The position numbers were made by a program, and so were the translations under genes. DNA of 48,897 nucleotides, filler included, from Catajapyx aquilonaris (Eukaryota), in assembly GCA_000934665.2 (NCBI GenBank). It is 2 parts of 2 records of this genome, joined end to end, with 100 filler letters (N's around TTAATTAATTAA, not from the genome) between each part and the next. Parts side by side here need not be neighbours in the genome. Positions count along the whole stretch, not along the records: positions 24,481 to 48,897 come from JYFJ02005512.1; 1 more part is not named here. One strand, 5' to 3'. Below, in pieces: positions 47,655 through 48,897 of the stretch. The notes below the pieces were generated by a model. That model saw nothing but the letters and a program-made list of their open reading frames with translations, was not told where the DNA came from and made no database searches. Position 1 is the stretch's first letter; every line of letters begins with the position of its first letter.

Positions 47655-48897
47655 ATGATCGGGAGAACCGCAAGTCATACTAATTTAAGTTCAGTTTCTC
47701 TCCTAGATTCTGGGAATGTTCGAAGTTTGGGGGTAGGTGGGGTGGGTAGTAAGAAAAGACTAAAAAACTCGGAGGTTCGACTTTCCATTGTTAATGTAAG
47801 AGGGATTCATAATAAGTGTGATATTGTTAGGAAAGCATTTGTTGATGCTCCTTTAGATATAATGTGCTTGTCTGAGACCAAGATGAAGGGGTGTTCAGTG
47901 GGTGATTTCATTGGGCTAACAGGTTTCTGGTCTGGTGTAGATGAAAGGGAGAGGGCTTGTGCAGGTGTGGGTATACTGATTAGTCCTAAGCTGGTGCACT
48001 GTGTGAAAGGATATAGTCAGGTTAGTGAGAGAATAATGTGGGTGAGTCTGAAGGTGGTTAAGACTAGGATTGTGGTTGTGGCTGTGTATGCACCAGTTGA
48101 CTCATCTTTGGATGAGGATAAGGAGAGGTTTTGGGATAGCTTAAGTGTTGTGTTGGATGGGTTCAATGGTAATGACAGGATAATTCTTGCAGGGGATTTT
48201 AATTCTTGGGTGGGTGTCTCTCGCCCGGGGTATGAGGGAGTGTTGGGTCGTTATGGGGATGTCAGGGTTAATGGAAATGGTGTGAGTTTATTGGATTTAT
48301 GTGTAGAGAGGGGACTTTATGTGTCTAATACTGTGTTTCCGCACAAACGGATTCATCAGTATGCTTGGAAGAATAGGTCATTAGGTCAGAAGTCCTTGAT
48401 TGACTTTGTAGTGATAGATAATAGGTTGAGGTCAAAGGTAGTTGATACTAAGGTGGTTAGAGGTGTAGATGTTGGTTCCGACCATTACCTGGTTGTCTCT
48501 AGGTTAAGGTTAGGTATTGGATGGAGGATGTTTAAGAAAAAACCTGAGGTGGTTGAGAGGATTAAGGTTGAACAAATTCCTGCATTAGGTTTGGAATATC
48601 AACAGCTAGTTTCTGATAGATTGATAGAAGGGAACAAGAGAGCTAAGTCTCTAGAAGAGGGTTGGGATTGTTTCAAGTCCTCCTTAGTGAGTAGTGCTGT
48701 TAATATTTGTGGTATTTCTAAGGTGGGTTGTAAGAAGGGGGGATCGTTGGTGGAACGAGGAGGTGGCTAAGGCTGTTAATCGTAAGAAGGAGGCTTACTT
48801 GGAATGCTGCAGGGTAGTGTCCCTGCAGGGGAGTATAGGTTTTGGAAGCGGGAGGCAGCACGGGTTGTTAGGGAGAGTAAGAAGCAGGTAGATCTAG
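47655..48897 (+). pseudogene. RTE-like non-LTR retrotransposon ORF, AP-endonuclease region, frameshifted; runs off the window
   Basis: APE motifs NVRG, LSETK, GVGILI, VYAP, GDFN, NGNG, IDF, SDH; linker WWNEEV; frameshifts at about 48740 and 48806; ATG at 47655 is the presumed start. Confidence 0.9.

Overview
Eukaryotic, repeat-rich genomic DNA. Spliceosomal GT-AG introns, a Pol III tRNA, DNA transposons and TTAGG motifs suggest an arthropod (inference). The window is two blocks joined at 24381-24480 by an artificial 100-nt linker (44 N + TTAATTAATTAA + 44 N), so the halves may not be adjacent in vivo. The left block (1-24380) holds tRNA-Glu(TTC), one large GC-rich orphan coding exon (about 1773-2633) and mostly non-coding DNA with decayed repeats, a 20-bp-period array and a few cryptic coding remnants. 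The right block (24481-48897) holds a plus-strand C2H2 zinc-finger gene (four in-frame phase-0 exons, 34878-44901) buried in nested transposons. The most notable is a Merlin (IS1595/ISXO2-like) element whose transposase is completed to 319 aa by splicing out a fold-back, TTAGG-containing intron, and whose left TIR has been hit by a related MITE with a perfect 8-bp TSD. Also present are a Sola2-like fold-back element with about 1.2-kb arms, each invaded at the homologous TA by a different MITE, many PIF/Tc1/CACTA-like MITEs, tRNA-derived SINEs, an LTR with PPT and the frameshifted 5' part of an RTE-like LINE. Most short ORFs in the supplied track are spurious. All calls were made by eye, without database searches.
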